From positions 319,316-383,315 of the forward strand of contig NW_018408494.1 in the NCBI RefSeq assembly GCF_002113885.1: a DNA stretch of 64,000 bases, read 5' to 3'. Shown here piece after piece: positions 63,913-64,000 of this stretch (the stretch's first letter is position 1; every line of letters begins with the position of its first letter). The notes below the pieces were generated by a model. It was not told the origin of the DNA and did not search any database. It was given only the letters and a program-made list of their open reading frames with translations. This DNA is from Mizuhopecten yessoensis (taxonomy: Eukaryota). The translations under genes and the position numbers were made by a program.

Positions 63913-64000
63913 GTATGTTAAGTATACTCTCTATTCATGTGATACCTGATGTTCATGTTGAAAATAAGAATCACATGAAATATAAATCATCTGCAGTATT

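Overview
AT-rich, intron-rich animal genomic DNA. It is probably a lophotrochozoan or bivalve, inferred only from the repeat families. There are two N-gaps, at 32106-32766 and 33589-34070. By reading GT-AG junctions by hand I assembled six genes: the 5' end of an NWD1/NWD2-like gene (-), TRAPPC4 (+, 5 exons, 218 aa), a 17-exon DUF885-family putative metallopeptidase (-, 608 aa), a UPF0488/C8orf33-like gene (+), LRRC34 (-, 9 exons, 425 aa), and the first coding exon of an unidentified gene (+). Introns and intergenic DNA contain CR1/L2-type LINE relics, TIR MITEs, Helentron-associated (HINE-like) elements, tRNA-containing mini-LTR elements and many minisatellites. The most striking pattern is that four unrelated minisatellites (33, 48, 102 and 47 bp units) in three different genes are each built from an exon-intron junction. 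Every unit carries a piece of exon plus the real splice site, so each array lays 6 to ~75 decoy donors or acceptors into the intron. Almost all would introduce a premature stop if used. One array also holds a complete spare copy of TRAPPC4 exon 3. All long ORFs in the supplied track over these arrays are repeat artefacts.
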